Shown here in pieces: positions 29,996 through 40,700 of a DNA stretch of 64,000 nt. The notes below the pieces were generated by a model that was not told the origin of the DNA, ran no database searches, and saw nothing but the letters and a program-made list of their open reading frames with translations. The stretch is from Candidatus Kaiserbacteria bacterium (GTDB lineage: Bacteria; Patescibacteriota; Minisyncoccia; Phycocordibacterales; Phycocordibacteraceae). The stretch lies in NCBI GenBank assembly GCA_016217905.1, contig JACRFL010000002.1:18817-82816 (forward strand), read 5' to 3'. Position 1 is the first letter of the stretch. Each line of letters starts with the position of its first letter. The position numbers and the translations under genes were made by a program.

Positions 29996-31038
29996 GGAGT
30001 CTTGGTCGTCCTGGCCTGCTGCTTATCCTCGACATTCTTCATGATATTCACGAAGGAGGCGCCCGGCGCTCCGGCAGAGAGAGAGACGCCAGTCGCCGCG
30101 TATATCTCGCGGATATGCAGAAACGCCGTTGCGAGAGACTGCGCGGCGTCCGGGTACTGTTCGAGCGCGACGATAGTCGCCAGCGGGTCGTCGTTCACGC
30201 GCGCGAAGTCAGACGTTATCCCGCTTATCCGAATCATGGTATTTACAAGCAGGAGGTCGTCTGCGGCGAGCTCCTGCGGCACAGGGAGCATCGCGAGCCC
30301 CGCCGCGGCATCCCGATACGCCTTCGCTATCGAGGCGATGGATGAAAACGCCGTCGCATCATTTTTCTCAAGCGCGTCCTTCAGATATTCGACCTCGCTT
30401 TTCGAAGTATCGGGTCTGTTCTTCGCGAACACCGCCTCGGCGCTTGTCGCAAACGCCGTGAGAGCGTCTCTTCCCGAGCCGGAGACGGTGATATCCTTCG
30501 CGGATTTGTAATCGGGAGCAATGGCCACCATTGATGAGATCGACCGTATGCTTTCATTCGCGATATTCCGCATGTCCGCTTCGGAGAGATCCGCGCCGCC
30601 GGCAGCCTGTCTCGCCGCGAGATAGAGCGAGAGGAAGCTTTTCGTAAAGGCGTTCGTGAGCGTCCCCTCCGCCGGGGCGGGCGGAAGGCCGTCTGCGTCA
30701 GGGGCGGACGGCGACGAGGTTGCGACAGCAATGTCGGCGATCGCCTTCGGCACGACGAGCCCCTTCGCGACCGCCTGGCCGTCGGTCATGCCGAGACTGA
30801 AGGTGTCGACGATGTTCGGAGAAGTGCCGTAAAGCGCCTCTTCCCAGTCGGGGAGGCCGTCGCCGTCTGAATCTTTCACCGCTATCGCCTGTAAGAGCGC
30901 CGTCTCGGTAGAGGCCTCGGCGACCGAGGGCGACTCGATGCCGCGCGCGAGCAGATACGCTCCGGCAACCAACACTGCCGAGAAAAGAGTTGCGGCCAAG
31001 ACTCGCCAGTTTCGTAGAATCTGCCCCATAGTATTCAT
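29992..31038 (-). CDS. Membrane-anchored hypothetical protein with Ca-binding-like DSDGDGLPDWEE motif
   Basis: N-terminal TM helix followed by the acidic motif. Confidence 0.7.
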   Translation of the reverse strand: MNTMGQILRNWRVLAATLFSAVLVAGAYLLARGIESPSVAEASTETALLQAIAVKDSDGDGLPDWEEALYGTSPNIVDTFSLGMTDGQAVAKGLVVPKAIADIAVATSSPSAPDADGLPPAPAEGTLTNAFTKSFLSLYLAARQAAGGADLSEADMRNIANESIRSISSMVAIAPDYKSAKDITVSGSGRDALTAFATSAEAVFAKNRPDTSKSEVEYLKDALEKNDATAFSSIASIAKAYRDAAAGLAMLPVPQELAADDLLLVNTMIRISGITSDFARVNDDPLATIVALEQYPDAAQSLATAFLHIREIYAATGVSLSAGAPGASFVNIMKNVEDKQQARTTKTP

Positions 31039-31079
31039 AGGGAAGTATAGCAGCCGCACCCACACGGAGAAGTAGTTGT

Positions 31080-31832
31080 CTACACTAAGTGGTGCATGAG
31101 GGCAAGCCATGCAGAGAGCGGCAGGTCCTCGGCGCGGGCTTTTTCGGGAATATTTCCTTGCGGAAGACTCGCTTCCGCAAAGTTTTTCCGCACGAATTTC
31201 CGTTTATGCGCGAAGCCGGCGTGCAGAAGCGCGAAAAATCGTTTTTCTTCGGCGCGCGTAGTGAAATTCTTACGAGAAATATCGCGAACGGTGAGCACGG
31301 CAGAATCTACCTTGGGTGCGGGTGCAAAAGCGCCGCGCGGAACGGTGAATTCGTATTTCGGTGTGCCATAGGCCTTTACGGAGAGTGATAAAATGCTTTC
31401 TTTTTTTGAGCGGACAATACGCTCGGCGACCTCCTTCTGCACAAGAAGCGTCATCGCGCTCGGCTGATTGTCCGATTCGAGAAACATGCGGAATATCTCA
31501 CCCGTAAGATAGTATGGAATATTCGCCACGAGAGAGTACCTCTTCGGAAGAGCGGAAATATCAAATGTGCGGATATCACCGTGGACGAGCTCGAGATGGT
31601 CGCTTGCGATTTCATTTTTAAAAGCAATCTGCAGCTTTTCAAAAAGGTCGCGATCCGCCTCAACGGCAATCACCTTCCCCGCCAGTTTCAATAATTCCTT
31701 CGTGAGCATTCCCGTTCCGGGACCGATTTCTAACACGGCCGAGTTCGGCGCGAGTTTAGCCGTGAGTGTGATACGCTCCGCAATGCGCGCGTGCATCAGG
31801 AAGTTCTGCCCTAAAGATTTTTTAGCACCCAT
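31080..31832 (-). CDS. rsmA: 16S rRNA adenine dimethyltransferase
   Basis: KKSLGQNFL, LEIGPGTG, VANIPYY, PKVDSAV. Confidence 0.96.
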   Translation of the reverse strand: MGAKKSLGQNFLMHARIAERITLTAKLAPNSAVLEIGPGTGMLTKELLKLAGKVIAVEADRDLFEKLQIAFKNEIASDHLELVHGDIRTFDISALPKRYSLVANIPYYLTGEIFRMFLESDNQPSAMTLLVQKEVAERIVRSKKESILSLSVKAYGTPKYEFTVPRGAFAPAPKVDSAVLTVRDISRKNFTTRAEEKRFFALLHAGFAHKRKFVRKNFAEASLPQGNIPEKARAEDLPLSAWLALMHHLV

Positions 31833-31994
31833 ATGATGTATAATTCTATACTACCTATGAACAATAACCGTATTACAGGAATTTCTAAATAAGGGGCATG
31901 CGGGATGGAAGGGTTTGCCGGAACACAAGAGACGACACATCGAAACCGCTCTTAAAGAACACTTCGGCATCACCGAACCGGAAGAAGAGGCTGT

Positions 31995-33908
31995 CTAGGC
32001 CTCAATTACCTCCTCCCCATTCGTCTCGTCGTAGAGCACGAGCGCGCTGTCGATGTCGGAGAGAAACGACGACGGCTCTGCGAAACAGTCGCTGCCGTAG
32101 ATCTTGCGTACGCGCGCGAGAGTGAGGATAAGCCGCTCTTTCGCACGCGTCATCGCGACGTAGAAGAGCCGCCGCTCCTCCTCTTCGTCGCGGTCATCGT
32201 CGCCGCCCACTCCTTCGTGCGGGAAAAGCCCCTCTTCCATGCCGGCGACGAACACCGTATCGAACTCGAGTCCCTTCGCTGCGTGGACGGTCATGAGGGT
32301 GACGCCCGTCTTCCCGTTTTGATCCATCTCGTCCTGGTCGCTCGCAAGCGCCGCCTCTGCGAGGAAGGCAGCGATGCCTTCCTTGCCGGGCGTGGCATCG
32401 TGCCGCGCGGCGACAGACGCGAGCTCTTCGACGTTCTCGAACCGTCCGCGGTCCTCTTCGTTCCCCTCGTCGAGAAGCGCGCGACGCATGCCGCTTTTCT
32501 CGATGACGAGCTTCACGAACTCGGAGGGAGTGAGCGTGTCGGCCACTTGAGAAAGCTCGGCAACAGCGCGCTCGAATTGCTCCACTTTCGCCAATTCGCC
32601 GGCGCGCAATTGCTCCCGCTGCCCTGCGGCGAGCTTGCCGAGCGTCACCTTGCCGATGCCGCGCGGCGGCGCAGAGGCCGCGCGGAGCTTGTCGACCTCT
32701 CTTGAGAGGTCCGTCGCGAGGCGCATCCACGCGAGCGCGTCCTTCACCTCTCTGCGCGAGAAAAAGCGCGTGCCGAGAAGCCGGTACGGCACGCCCGCGC
32801 GCAAGAGTCCTTCTTCGAGGGCGCGGGATTGAAAATTCGTACGGAAAAGTATGGCTATTTCTCCGAGTTTCGCCCCTTGTCTCATCAATTCCCGTATCTT
32901 CGCGGAGATCCAGCGCGCCTCGTCCTCGGCGCTCCGCGCGATATGAACAACAATGGGTTCACCCGCTTCCCGCTCGGTCGTCGAGTTTTTCTCTTTGCGA
33001 TTTTTATTTTTCTCGATGACCGCGTTCGCCGCATCGACGAGATTTTTCGTCGAGCGATAATTGCGCTCAAGAATAATCGTCTGCGATTCCGGGTATCTTT
33101 TTTCAAAGTCTAAAATGTTCTCCATCTTGGCTCCTCTCCATCCGTAAATTGCCTGATCTCCATCTCCCACGACAAAAAGATTTTTGTGTTTCGCCGCGAG
33201 AAGACTTGCGAGTCTTTCTTGCAATTCGTTCGTATCCTGGTACTCGTCGATGTGTATGTAGCGCCAGCGATCCTGCGCTCTCTCGCGAATGTCGGGGTGC
33301 TCTTCAAGGAGGCGCACGGGGAGCGCGATGAGGTCGTCGAAGTCGAGCGCCTTCTCTGCCGCGAGCATTTTCTCGTAACGGAGCCAGGCCTCCGCGGCGA
33401 CGCGCGCGCCAAAGCTGTTCTTCGCATATTTCTCATAAAACTCGTGCGCGCGCATGCCCTCCCCTTTCGCCCGCGAAATGCGGCCGAGGATGGCACGTGG
33501 CGAGAGCTCTTTGGCCCCCACGTCGAGCGCCTTCAGCGCGGCGGCGACCGCTCTCTCCGAATCGTCGCGGTCGTACACGCTGAAGAAGCGCGGGACGCCG
33601 ATGACCTTCCCATAGCTCTCCAGCAGCTCGCGCCCGAGTCCGTGGAACGTCGCCAGAAACGGAGACGAGCCCGGGCTATCGTCGCCGAGCATCGCACGGA
33701 CGCGCTCGCGCATCTCGCGGGCGGCTTTATTGGTGAAAGTAACGGCAAGGATCTCCTCGGCGTGGACGCCGCTCCGTATGAGGTGGTAGACCCGCGTCGT
33801 GAGCACGCGCGTTTTCCCGGCTCCGGCGCCGGCGAGGACGGACACGGGTCCGTCGAGGGCCACGATCGCGCGCTTCTGTGCTTCGTTCAATCCGTCGAGA
33901 TAGTTCAC
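31995..33908 (-). CDS. pcrA: UvrD/PcrA helicase
   Basis: AGAGAGKT, DEYQDTN, NYRST, TVHAAKGLEF, EERRLFYVAMTRA. Confidence 0.93.
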   Translation of the reverse strand: MNYLDGLNEAQKRAIVALDGPVSVLAGAGAGKTRVLTTRVYHLIRSGVHAEEILAVTFTNKAAREMRERVRAMLGDDSPGSSPFLATFHGLGRELLESYGKVIGVPRFFSVYDRDDSERAVAAALKALDVGAKELSPRAILGRISRAKGEGMRAHEFYEKYAKNSFGARVAAEAWLRYEKMLAAEKALDFDDLIALPVRLLEEHPDIRERAQDRWRYIHIDEYQDTNELQERLASLLAAKHKNLFVVGDGDQAIYGWRGAKMENILDFEKRYPESQTIILERNYRSTKNLVDAANAVIEKNKNRKEKNSTTEREAGEPIVVHIARSAEDEARWISAKIRELMRQGAKLGEIAILFRTNFQSRALEEGLLRAGVPYRLLGTRFFSRREVKDALAWMRLATDLSREVDKLRAASAPPRGIGKVTLGKLAAGQREQLRAGELAKVEQFERAVAELSQVADTLTPSEFVKLVIEKSGMRRALLDEGNEEDRGRFENVEELASVAARHDATPGKEGIAAFLAEAALASDQDEMDQNGKTGVTLMTVHAAKGLEFDTVFVAGMEEGLFPHEGVGGDDDRDEEEERRLFYVAMTRAKERLILTLARVRKIYGSDCFAEPSSFLSDIDSALVLYDETNGEEVIEA

Positions 33909-34106
33909 CGTCCGAATATAGCGCACAAACCGCTCTCCACAGGCACCGGGGAGGGCGATTGACTGTCCGCCCCCCTTGGCTATACTCGAGGTATCGGCTG
34001 TATGGAGGTACTCAAGGAATGGCTTATATAAGCCATTTTTGTATTAGGAAGACCCACCGAAATCCCTGTTTCCCTTATCGACTCGAATAAACATCTTTCC
34101 GACCCG

Positions 34107-35201
34107 ATGCCGCAGGGCACGAGGCTGGATACATACAAAACAGCCCGACAGCTCGCGCTGCTTGCGCTGGGGTTTGCGGTCGGCGTGATCGCTTCTTCTT
34201 TTATACCCGACAAGGCGCGCGCCTTCTGGCCTTTTTCTACAAACGCGGATGCCGCCACTGTGGCGAGCTTCCCGCACCAGTCGAGTTCGGAGATCTACGT
34301 ACGGGCCGCGGTCAATATCGATCCGAATCCGAACAAGGGCCTTAGCGGCATCCAGACGAGCGGCGGTCGCGCGCTGCTTGCGTATGGCGGCCCTTCCGGA
34401 ACGATAGCCGACGTCGCGGGCAGAGCATCGTCCGACCGCATCTCCGTGTACGTCGTGCGCGAAGGCGACACGCTCTCGGACATTGCGAACATGTTCGGCG
34501 TCTCGGTGAACACCCTCTTCTGGGCGAACGACCTCAAGAGCGTCCGCGACGTGCACCCCGGCGATACGCTCGTCATCCTTCCCGTCTCGGGTGTCGAGCA
34601 TGTCGTCAAGAAAGGCGATACGCTCAAGTCGATTGCAAAGAAATACAGCGCCGACGCGGACGACATCGCCCAGTTTAACGGCCTCGACCCTGATGCGGCG
34701 CTTGAGGTCGGTTCGACCATCATCGTCCCCGGCGGCGAGATCGTATCGCCCGCGCCGCGCTCCTCCTCTCCCTCCTCCGTCCGCGAACCGTACCTGGGCG
34801 GCGGCGGCTCCGTTCGACCAGGCTACTATGGCAACACGGTCGAGGGCGGCGTCATCACGCAGGGTATTCATGGCTGGAACGCGGTGGACATCGGAGCGGC
34901 ACGCGGCACGCCGATATACGCGGCCGCGGACGGTATCGTCACCGTGGCACGCAGCAACGGCGCCTGGAACGGCGGCTACGGCAACTACGTGGTCATCACG
35001 CACGGCAACGGCACGCAGACGCTCTACTCGCACATGAGAAACGCGGTCGTTTCGTCCGGTCAGACGGTGTCGTCGGGACAGATCATCGGGTACGTCGGAT
35101 CGACCGGCCTCTCCACCGGCGCGCATCTCCACTTCGAAGTGCGCGGCGCGGCTAATCCGTTCCGCAATTGCCGCGTCGGCAGTGTGTGCTCGCCGCAATA
35201 A
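34107..35201 (+). CDS. LysM x2 plus M23 peptidase
   Basis: YVVREGDTL, HVVKKGDTL, H...AVD, YSH, TGAHLHFEV. Confidence 0.92.
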   Translation: MPQGTRLDTYKTARQLALLALGFAVGVIASSFIPDKARAFWPFSTNADAATVASFPHQSSSEIYVRAAVNIDPNPNKGLSGIQTSGGRALLAYGGPSGTIADVAGRASSDRISVYVVREGDTLSDIANMFGVSVNTLFWANDLKSVRDVHPGDTLVILPVSGVEHVVKKGDTLKSIAKKYSADADDIAQFNGLDPDAALEVGSTIIVPGGEIVSPAPRSSSPSSVREPYLGGGGSVRPGYYGNTVEGGVITQGIHGWNAVDIGAARGTPIYAAADGIVTVARSNGAWNGGYGNYVVITHGNGTQTLYSHMRNAVVSSGQTVSSGQIIGYVGSTGLSTGAHLHFEVRGAANPFRNCRVGSVCSPQ

Positions 35202-35249
35202 TTTCTATACAACGGAGGATCCCCCCTGGCGGCGCGATTGTGCACCGGC

Positions 35250-36830
35250 TTATTCGAATCCGAAGAGGCCTCGCGGACGGTACTGGAGCGCCTCGTGCAC
35301 AAAGGAGGGCGTAACAACATCGGCGCCGCATAGGTCGGCGATGGTGCGTGCGACGCGCATGGTGCGGTGGAAACTCCTCGGCGAGAGCGAGAGACGGGCG
35401 GCCGCCGAGGTGAGAGCTTCTTTTGCGGCTGTAGTGAAGCCGCTCTTTTCATCGAGCTCCCTGCCCGAAAGCGCCGCATTCGTCGCGCCCGGTCTCCCGG
35501 CGCGCTTCTGCGCCCTCGCGCGCGCCGCGACGACGCGCGCCCGCACCGCCTCGGAGGCTTCGCCGCTGCCGAGCTTCGCGAGTGTGTCGTGCGGGACGAG
35601 CGGCACCTCGATCCAGAGGTCGAGCCGGTCGACGATGGGGCGCGAAATGCGGCGCGCCTGTTTCGCCGCGGCGCGCAGCGCGACGCGCGCGTCGTTGGAC
35701 AGGGTGTCCGCGGGATTCATCGCCGCGACGATCATGCAGTCGGCCGGGAACGTGATCGTCGCACGCGCACGTGACACCGTAACGATGCGGTCCTCGAGCG
35801 GCTGCCGGAGCGCCTCGAGCGTCCGCGAGTCGAACTCGGGAAATTCGTCCAGAAAAAGGACGCCCTTGTGCGCGAGCGTCACCTCCCCCGCCTTGGGGAA
35901 GGTGCCCCCGCCGACGATAGCGACATGCGATATCGAATGGTGCGGAGCGCGAAACGGCGGCCAGTGAACCGCCTCTCCTCCCTGCAGGAGCCCGGCGGTC
36001 GAGTGTATCGCGGTCACTTCGAGCACCTCGTCGTCGGAGAGCGGCGGGAGGATGCCGGCGAGCGCGCGGGCGAGCATCGTCTTCCCCGTTCCCGGCGGAC
36101 CGTAGAAAACGATGTTGTGCCGCCCCGCCGCGGCAATTTCCAAAGCACGCTTCGCGCTCTCCTGTCCTTTGATATCGCTAAGGTCGATCGCGGGTGGCGG
36201 CAGTTCTGCTCGGCGATCGCGCAAGAGGCGCGGAAGCGGCCTCTCGCCCTTCATATGATGTAGCAGTTCGGCGAGCGATGTCGGCGCATAGACAGCAACG
36301 CCCTCGGCGAGAAGCGCTTCGCGGGAGTTTCCCGGCGGGACGAAAACGGTCTTTGTTCCGCGCCGCTTCGCGGCGAGCACCTGCGGGAGGACGCCGCGCA
36401 CGGCGCGCAGCGAACCGTCGAGCGCGAGTTCCCCGATGAGCAACATCTCTTCCGCAGGCGGTGATACGTCGCCCGCAGCGATAAGGTACGCGAGCGCGAG
36501 CGCGAGATCGTAGTGCGAACCCTCTTTCTTCAAATCCGCTGGCGAGAGGGAGAGAACGATGCGTTTATTCTGCTGCTTCGGCGGCTTGTAACCGGAGTGG
36601 CGTATTGCGGCGCTGATCCTGTCGCGAGCCTCCTCAACCGCCTTGTCGGCGAGACCGACGACCGCGAAATTGTGCAATCCGCGCGTGAGATCCGCCTCGA
36701 CATTGACCAGCTCCGCTCCCGAGCCGACCGGCTGCGCGGCGAGCGTTTTCGCGTAACCGAGTTTCGGCAATGAGCGAGCGGTCGGAGAAGGCGCGCGAAC
36801 CGATGCGGATTTCGGCCGTGCCGCGTTCAT
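35250..36830 (-). CDS. comM: YifB/ComM Mg-chelatase-like AAA ATPase
   Basis: [39 protein letters not shown]; start uncertain. Confidence 0.9.
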   Translation of the reverse strand: MNAARPKSASVRAPSPTARSLPKLGYAKTLAAQPVGSGAELVNVEADLTRGLHNFAVVGLADKAVEEARDRISAAIRHSGYKPPKQQNKRIVLSLSPADLKKEGSHYDLALALAYLIAAGDVSPPAEEMLLIGELALDGSLRAVRGVLPQVLAAKRRGTKTVFVPPGNSREALLAEGVAVYAPTSLAELLHHMKGERPLPRLLRDRRAELPPPAIDLSDIKGQESAKRALEIAAAGRHNIVFYGPPGTGKTMLARALAGILPPLSDDEVLEVTAIHSTAGLLQGGEAVHWPPFRAPHHSISHVAIVGGGTFPKAGEVTLAHKGVLFLDEFPEFDSRTLEALRQPLEDRIVTVSRARATITFPADCMIVAAMNPADTLSNDARVALRAAAKQARRISRPIVDRLDLWIEVPLVPHDTLAKLGSGEASEAVRARVVAARARAQKRAGRPGATNAALSGRELDEKSGFTTAAKEALTSAAARLSLSPRSFHRTMRVARTIADLCGADVVTPSFVHEALQYRPRGLFGFE

Positions 36831-36836
36831 GGAGTA

Positions 36837-37184
36837 TCACAAGTGCTCGACACAGGTCGTCGCGGCGGGGTCGGCCTCGAGCCGCTCCTCTCCTATCGGG
36901 CGGCCGCACACTTCGCAGATTCCGTATGTTTTCTTCTCGATTCTCGCAAGAGCCGCAAGCACGGTGTCGTAACGCGCCTCAAGATCGGCAAGAACGGCCT
37001 CGTTCCTTTCGCGGCTGATTACTACATCCGCCTGATCGGCCAGATCCGCCTCGGAGCCCGTCTCCGAGGGGACCGCTTCCCAATCGCCCGGAACTGCAGG
37101 GTTCCTCCGGCCGATACCCCCCATCTCTGACTCGAGCTTGAGCTTCTCCGCCTCAAGCTTTTTCCTGAAATGCTCGGTCTTCAT
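36837..37184 (-). CDS. TraR/DksA-family zinc-finger protein
   Basis: YGICEVCG...ERLEADP..TTCVEH. Confidence 0.88.
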   Translation of the reverse strand: MKTEHFRKKLEAEKLKLESEMGGIGRRNPAVPGDWEAVPSETGSEADLADQADVVISRERNEAVLADLEARYDTVLAALARIEKKTYGICEVCGRPIGEERLEADPAATTCVEHL

Positions 37185-37207
37185 TCCACTATGGTAGCAG
37201 ATAAATG

Positions 37208-38323
37208 CTATCGCGTCCGCGATGTGGCGAGCCGATTGAGTATCTCGGAAAATACGGCCGGGTCGCGCGCGATGACCAGCGTCTTCTGATTCCAGTAACC
37301 ATAGAGAACGATACTGCGGCCAGCAGTGTCGCGGTACACGCGTACGTCGTGATTATCGACGACCTCGTCGCGGAAAACGGCCTGGGGCGCCATCGTTGTC
37401 GTCGCGTGCGGCGAGGAGGTCGCCGCAGAAGCGGAAGCGGCGGCCGGATACGCCGGGAAAAGCGCCCCGAGATCGCGCGGCATACGCGCCTCCCACGCGA
37501 GCAGCCCGCCGAACGTGCCGCTGTACGACGAAACGGAAAGTATGAAAAACGGGCTCGCCGAGCCGCCCGCGTTCGCGACGCCGGCCATGCTGCCGTCTGC
37601 GTTTATGTTGCGCACAAGAACATCGGGCGCCGAGAGAGGGAGCGCCGAAAAGACGCTTTCGGCGGACGTGCTTGCGACGTAGAGAAGCCGGACAGCGCTC
37701 GGAGCGAGCGGACGAGCGACCGACTCCTCGATTGCCGCAAGAAGCTCGGCGCCCGTTCCCGAAAGCGGCTCGCGCTCGTCGACGAATATCGGAGCCATCG
37801 CGCCGGCCTCCGGCGTGACGGGAACCGTTATGGTCACATAACTGCGATACGCGCTGTATGCTCCTATCCCGCCCGCGATAAGAAGCACGGCGCCCGCGCC
37901 GATATAAAGCGCGTTTCCCCACGGGAACTTTTTCTTCTGAAGCGGCGCCTCACGGCCCGCATCCTGCTCGGCGGCGAGCACCGTTGCGGTCGATGCGCGA
38001 GTCTCTTTCACCCTTTCTGAAAAATCTCCGGAATACGTTTCCAGAGGAGATACGAGCGGCGGGGTCGCCTTTGCCGGCACCGGCTTCTGTATCGGAGCGG
38101 CGGTCGGAGCCGGAGTAGGCGGCAGAGGCGATCCCGCGACGAGACGTTCCGAAGGAGCGGGATGCGCGGGTTCAAGAGGGGCCAGATCGGGAACGCCGCC
38201 TTTCTGGAGGATCTCCATGTCGCCGGCGAATGTGCGAATGTATTTCTCCGGCTCCTGCCCGCCGGCAGATGACAATCCTTTGTCCGGAGCGGAGGACTGC
38301 GTCGTCGTTTTAGTGTCCATCAC
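37208..38323 (-). CDS. Hypothetical single-TM protein
   Basis: Long ORF with Pro-rich N-terminus and a central TM helix. Confidence 0.7.
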   Translation of the reverse strand: MMDTKTTTQSSAPDKGLSSAGGQEPEKYIRTFAGDMEILQKGGVPDLAPLEPAHPAPSERLVAGSPLPPTPAPTAAPIQKPVPAKATPPLVSPLETYSGDFSERVKETRASTATVLAAEQDAGREAPLQKKKFPWGNALYIGAGAVLLIAGGIGAYSAYRSYVTITVPVTPEAGAMAPIFVDEREPLSGTGAELLAAIEESVARPLAPSAVRLLYVASTSAESVFSALPLSAPDVLVRNINADGSMAGVANAGGSASPFFILSVSSYSGTFGGLLAWEARMPRDLGALFPAYPAAASASAATSSPHATTTMAPQAVFRDEVVDNHDVRVYRDTAGRSIVLYGYWNQKTLVIARDPAVFSEILNRLATSRTR

Positions 38324-38360
38324 TGCCTATAGTAGCGTACCCGACGCGCGGCGCTACTCG

Positions 38361-38876
38361 TTATGCCCGCGACACGATGGTGAATGTACGCGGATCGTCG
38401 CACATGTCGGTGAATGCGTGCGCGGCTTCCCTTAATTTGCTTGACGAGGATTTGCCGAAGGCGATGACTTCAACCTGGCACCCTTCGTTGAGGTCGAGAT
38501 ACTGGATGAGCGGCACGAAGTCGCCGTCGCCGGTCACGAGAACGACGGTGTCGAGCTTCGGCGCGAGCTTCACCGCGTCGATCGCCATGCCGACATCCCA
38601 GTCGGCCTTCTTCGCGCCGTCGGCGAAGACCTGGAGGTCTTTCACCTTGGTCTCGATGCCCATCTTGGTAAGCGCTTCGAAAAAGTTTTTCTCCTCGCCG
38701 CTCTCCGTCGAGATAACGTACGCGATGGCGCGCACGAGGATGCGGCCGCCGACGGCCTCCTCGAGGATCTTTCCGAAGTTGACGCGCGCTTTGTAGAGAT
38801 GCTTCGCGCTGTGGTAGAGATTTTGCGTATCGATGAACACGCCGACGCGCTGGGCTGGATGTTTGATGACTGCCAT
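38361..38876 (-). CDS. NYN-domain (LabA/DUF88) protein
   Basis: VFIDTQNLY, DVGMAIDA, VTGDGDFVPL. Confidence 0.92.
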   Translation of the reverse strand: MAVIKHPAQRVGVFIDTQNLYHSAKHLYKARVNFGKILEEAVGGRILVRAIAYVISTESGEEKNFFEALTKMGIETKVKDLQVFADGAKKADWDVGMAIDAVKLAPKLDTVVLVTGDGDFVPLIQYLDLNEGCQVEVIAFGKSSSSKLREAAHAFTDMCDDPRTFTIVSRA

Positions 38877-39007
38877 ATAAATACAGTAAGTAGTTTGTAG
38901 GGAGTAGGTTGTAGAAAAATACAAAAACTCCCCGTGCTATTAAAATTCAGCGGCGTAGCCGCCACTCTCATACTACCCCCTACTCCCTATCCCCTACAAC
39001 CCTGGTG

Positions 39008-39274
39008 TTATTTCTTCAACCCCAATTTCTTGATAAGCGCATTGTAGCGGCGCTTGTCGGAAGTCTCAAGATAGCGCAAGTGAGAGCGGCGGTCGGCGAC
39101 CATCTGGAGCAGTCCCCGGCGGGAATGAAAATCCTTCGGGTTCTTCTTCAGATGCTTCGCAAGCTCGTCGATCTGCTTTGAGAGAAGCGCGACCTGCACA
39201 TCCGGCGAGCCGGTGTCCATGTCGTGCCGGGCGGTGCTTTTCATAACCGCCATCTTCTTCTTCGTGGTAAGCAT
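39008..39274 (-). CDS. rpsO: 30S ribosomal protein S15
   Basis: DTGSPDVQVALL, DFHSRRGLL. Confidence 0.97.
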   Translation of the reverse strand: MLTTKKKMAVMKSTARHDMDTGSPDVQVALLSKQIDELAKHLKKNPKDFHSRRGLLQMVADRRSHLRYLETSDKRRYNALIKKLGLKK

Positions 39275-39365
39275 GAGTAAAGCCACCTTACCACGCCTTG
39301 CGAAAATGTGCAAGTGACGCAGAACGCGATCTGCGCACAATATTCTGCGTTATACTACAGTTACG

Positions 39366-40286
39366 ATGAACGTCGAAAACGCGAAACGGCAATTTCTTGA
39401 ACACACCGAGATAGAGCGCGGCCGCGCAGTGAAGACCGTCGAGAACTACGACCGCTACCTTTCGCGCTACTTCGCGCAGATGGATATCAAAGACATCGGC
39501 GACATCAGCGAAGAGAGCGTCCGCGCATTCCGCCTTTGGCTCAACCGCCAGCCGGGAACGAATACCGACTCAATGAAGCGCCGCACGCAGAATTACTACA
39601 TGATCGCGCTCCGTGCTTTTTTGAAGTTCCTCCGGAAGCGCGATGTCGAGGCCATCAGTCCTGAGAAAATAGAGCTTGCGAAGCTCCCCGAGCGCCAGCT
39701 CGACCTTATTACCACGGCCGAGCTTGAGCGGCTTATGCAGGCGCCGCGGGAGGCGTTTGAAAAGGAAAAGGATCCCGATAAAGCAAGGAATTATTTGCGC
39801 GACCGTGCCATCCTCGAACTCCTCTTCTCGACCGGGCTGCGCGTGTCCGAGCTCTGTTCGCTTAATTCCGATATCGACCTATCGCGCGACGAGCTCTCGG
39901 TGCGTGGCAAGGGCGAGAAGGTGCGCGTCGTCTTCCTCTCGAGCGCTGCCAAGGAGGCGGTGCGGAATTATTTGAAAGCGCGAGACGACATGGAGGAAGC
40001 GCTCTTTGTCGACGGGCGGCCGAACAAGCTGCACCGCATTATCCCGCGTGACATCCAGCGGCACTTGAAGGCGTACGTCGCGCGCGCGGGCATCACAAGC
40101 GTGGTCACTCCCCACACCCTTCGCCACGCCTTTGCGACCGACCTGCTCTCTAACGGCGCCGATATCCGCTCGGTCCAACAGCTCCTCGGCCACGCCTCCA
40201 TCAACACCACGCAGATCTACACGCACATCACCGACAGTCATTTGCGAGAAATACACAAGAAGTACCACTCGCGTTCGAGAGGTTAG
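39366..40286 (+). CDS. XerC/D-like tyrosine recombinase
   Basis: TGLRVSEL, GKG.K.R, HTLRH, LLGH, TTQIY; catalytic residues intact. Confidence 0.92.
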   Translation: MNVENAKRQFLEHTEIERGRAVKTVENYDRYLSRYFAQMDIKDIGDISEESVRAFRLWLNRQPGTNTDSMKRRTQNYYMIALRAFLKFLRKRDVEAISPEKIELAKLPERQLDLITTAELERLMQAPREAFEKEKDPDKARNYLRDRAILELLFSTGLRVSELCSLNSDIDLSRDELSVRGKGEKVRVVFLSSAAKEAVRNYLKARDDMEEALFVDGRPNKLHRIIPRDIQRHLKAYVARAGITSVVTPHTLRHAFATDLLSNGADIRSVQQLLGHASINTTQIYTHITDSHLREIHKKYHSRSRG

Positions 40287-40338
40287 TGACACATACAATT
40301 TCAGAAACGGAAACGAAGAGGCGCCGCGTGCGCGGCGC

Positions 40339-40611
40339 CTAGTCATCATGCATTATTGCCCACTCCACTTCGCCTCGGTCGTCAAACCCGAAGCACAAAT
40401 AAATCTCTTCAAAACCGTAAGTCGGGAGACATTCGTTTGCGCAGTCGATGATGTCGAGCAACGGCACAACGAGCCTTCTCCCTTCTTGCTCGAGACCGAT
40501 AAGGATACTTTCGCTCGCCTTAGGATCGATTAGTATCCCCCAATTGCCGTAATCGGCGTCTTCGGATTCTTGCATGAACCCCACGAGCTCGCGGATCGTA
40601 AAAAGAGACAT
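40339..40611 (-). CDS. Small acidic hypothetical protein
   Basis: ORF with GAGGTG upstream of the ATG. Confidence 0.45.
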   Translation of the reverse strand: MSLFTIRELVGFMQESEDADYGNWGILIDPKASESILIGLEQEGRRLVVPLLDIIDCANECLPTYGFEEIYLCFGFDDRGEVEWAIMHDD

Positions 40612-40700
40612 AGTCACCTCGCGTGAATGAGCATCCGGACCCCACTTTACGCCAATATCACAACGAGGCAAGCCACGTCATTGCGGTATACAATAGCCGT

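Noticed and set aside
31857-31998. Short ORF-like stretch between rsmA and pcrA
   Set aside because: The ATG frame stops after 11 codons and the longer frame lacks a start; at best a remnant.
39366-40286. Tyrosine recombinase as the integrase for the TA cassettes
   Set aside because: It looks like a housekeeping Xer enzyme with host-like composition, and the three repeats share no common core or dif-like site. A role in trans is not excluded but has no support here.
40638-40667. Possible decayed duplicate of the recombinase 3' end (DPTLRQYH versus DSHLREIH) flanking the 40339-40611 ORF
   Set aside because: Only about 17/30 nucleotide identity, not distinguishable from chance.
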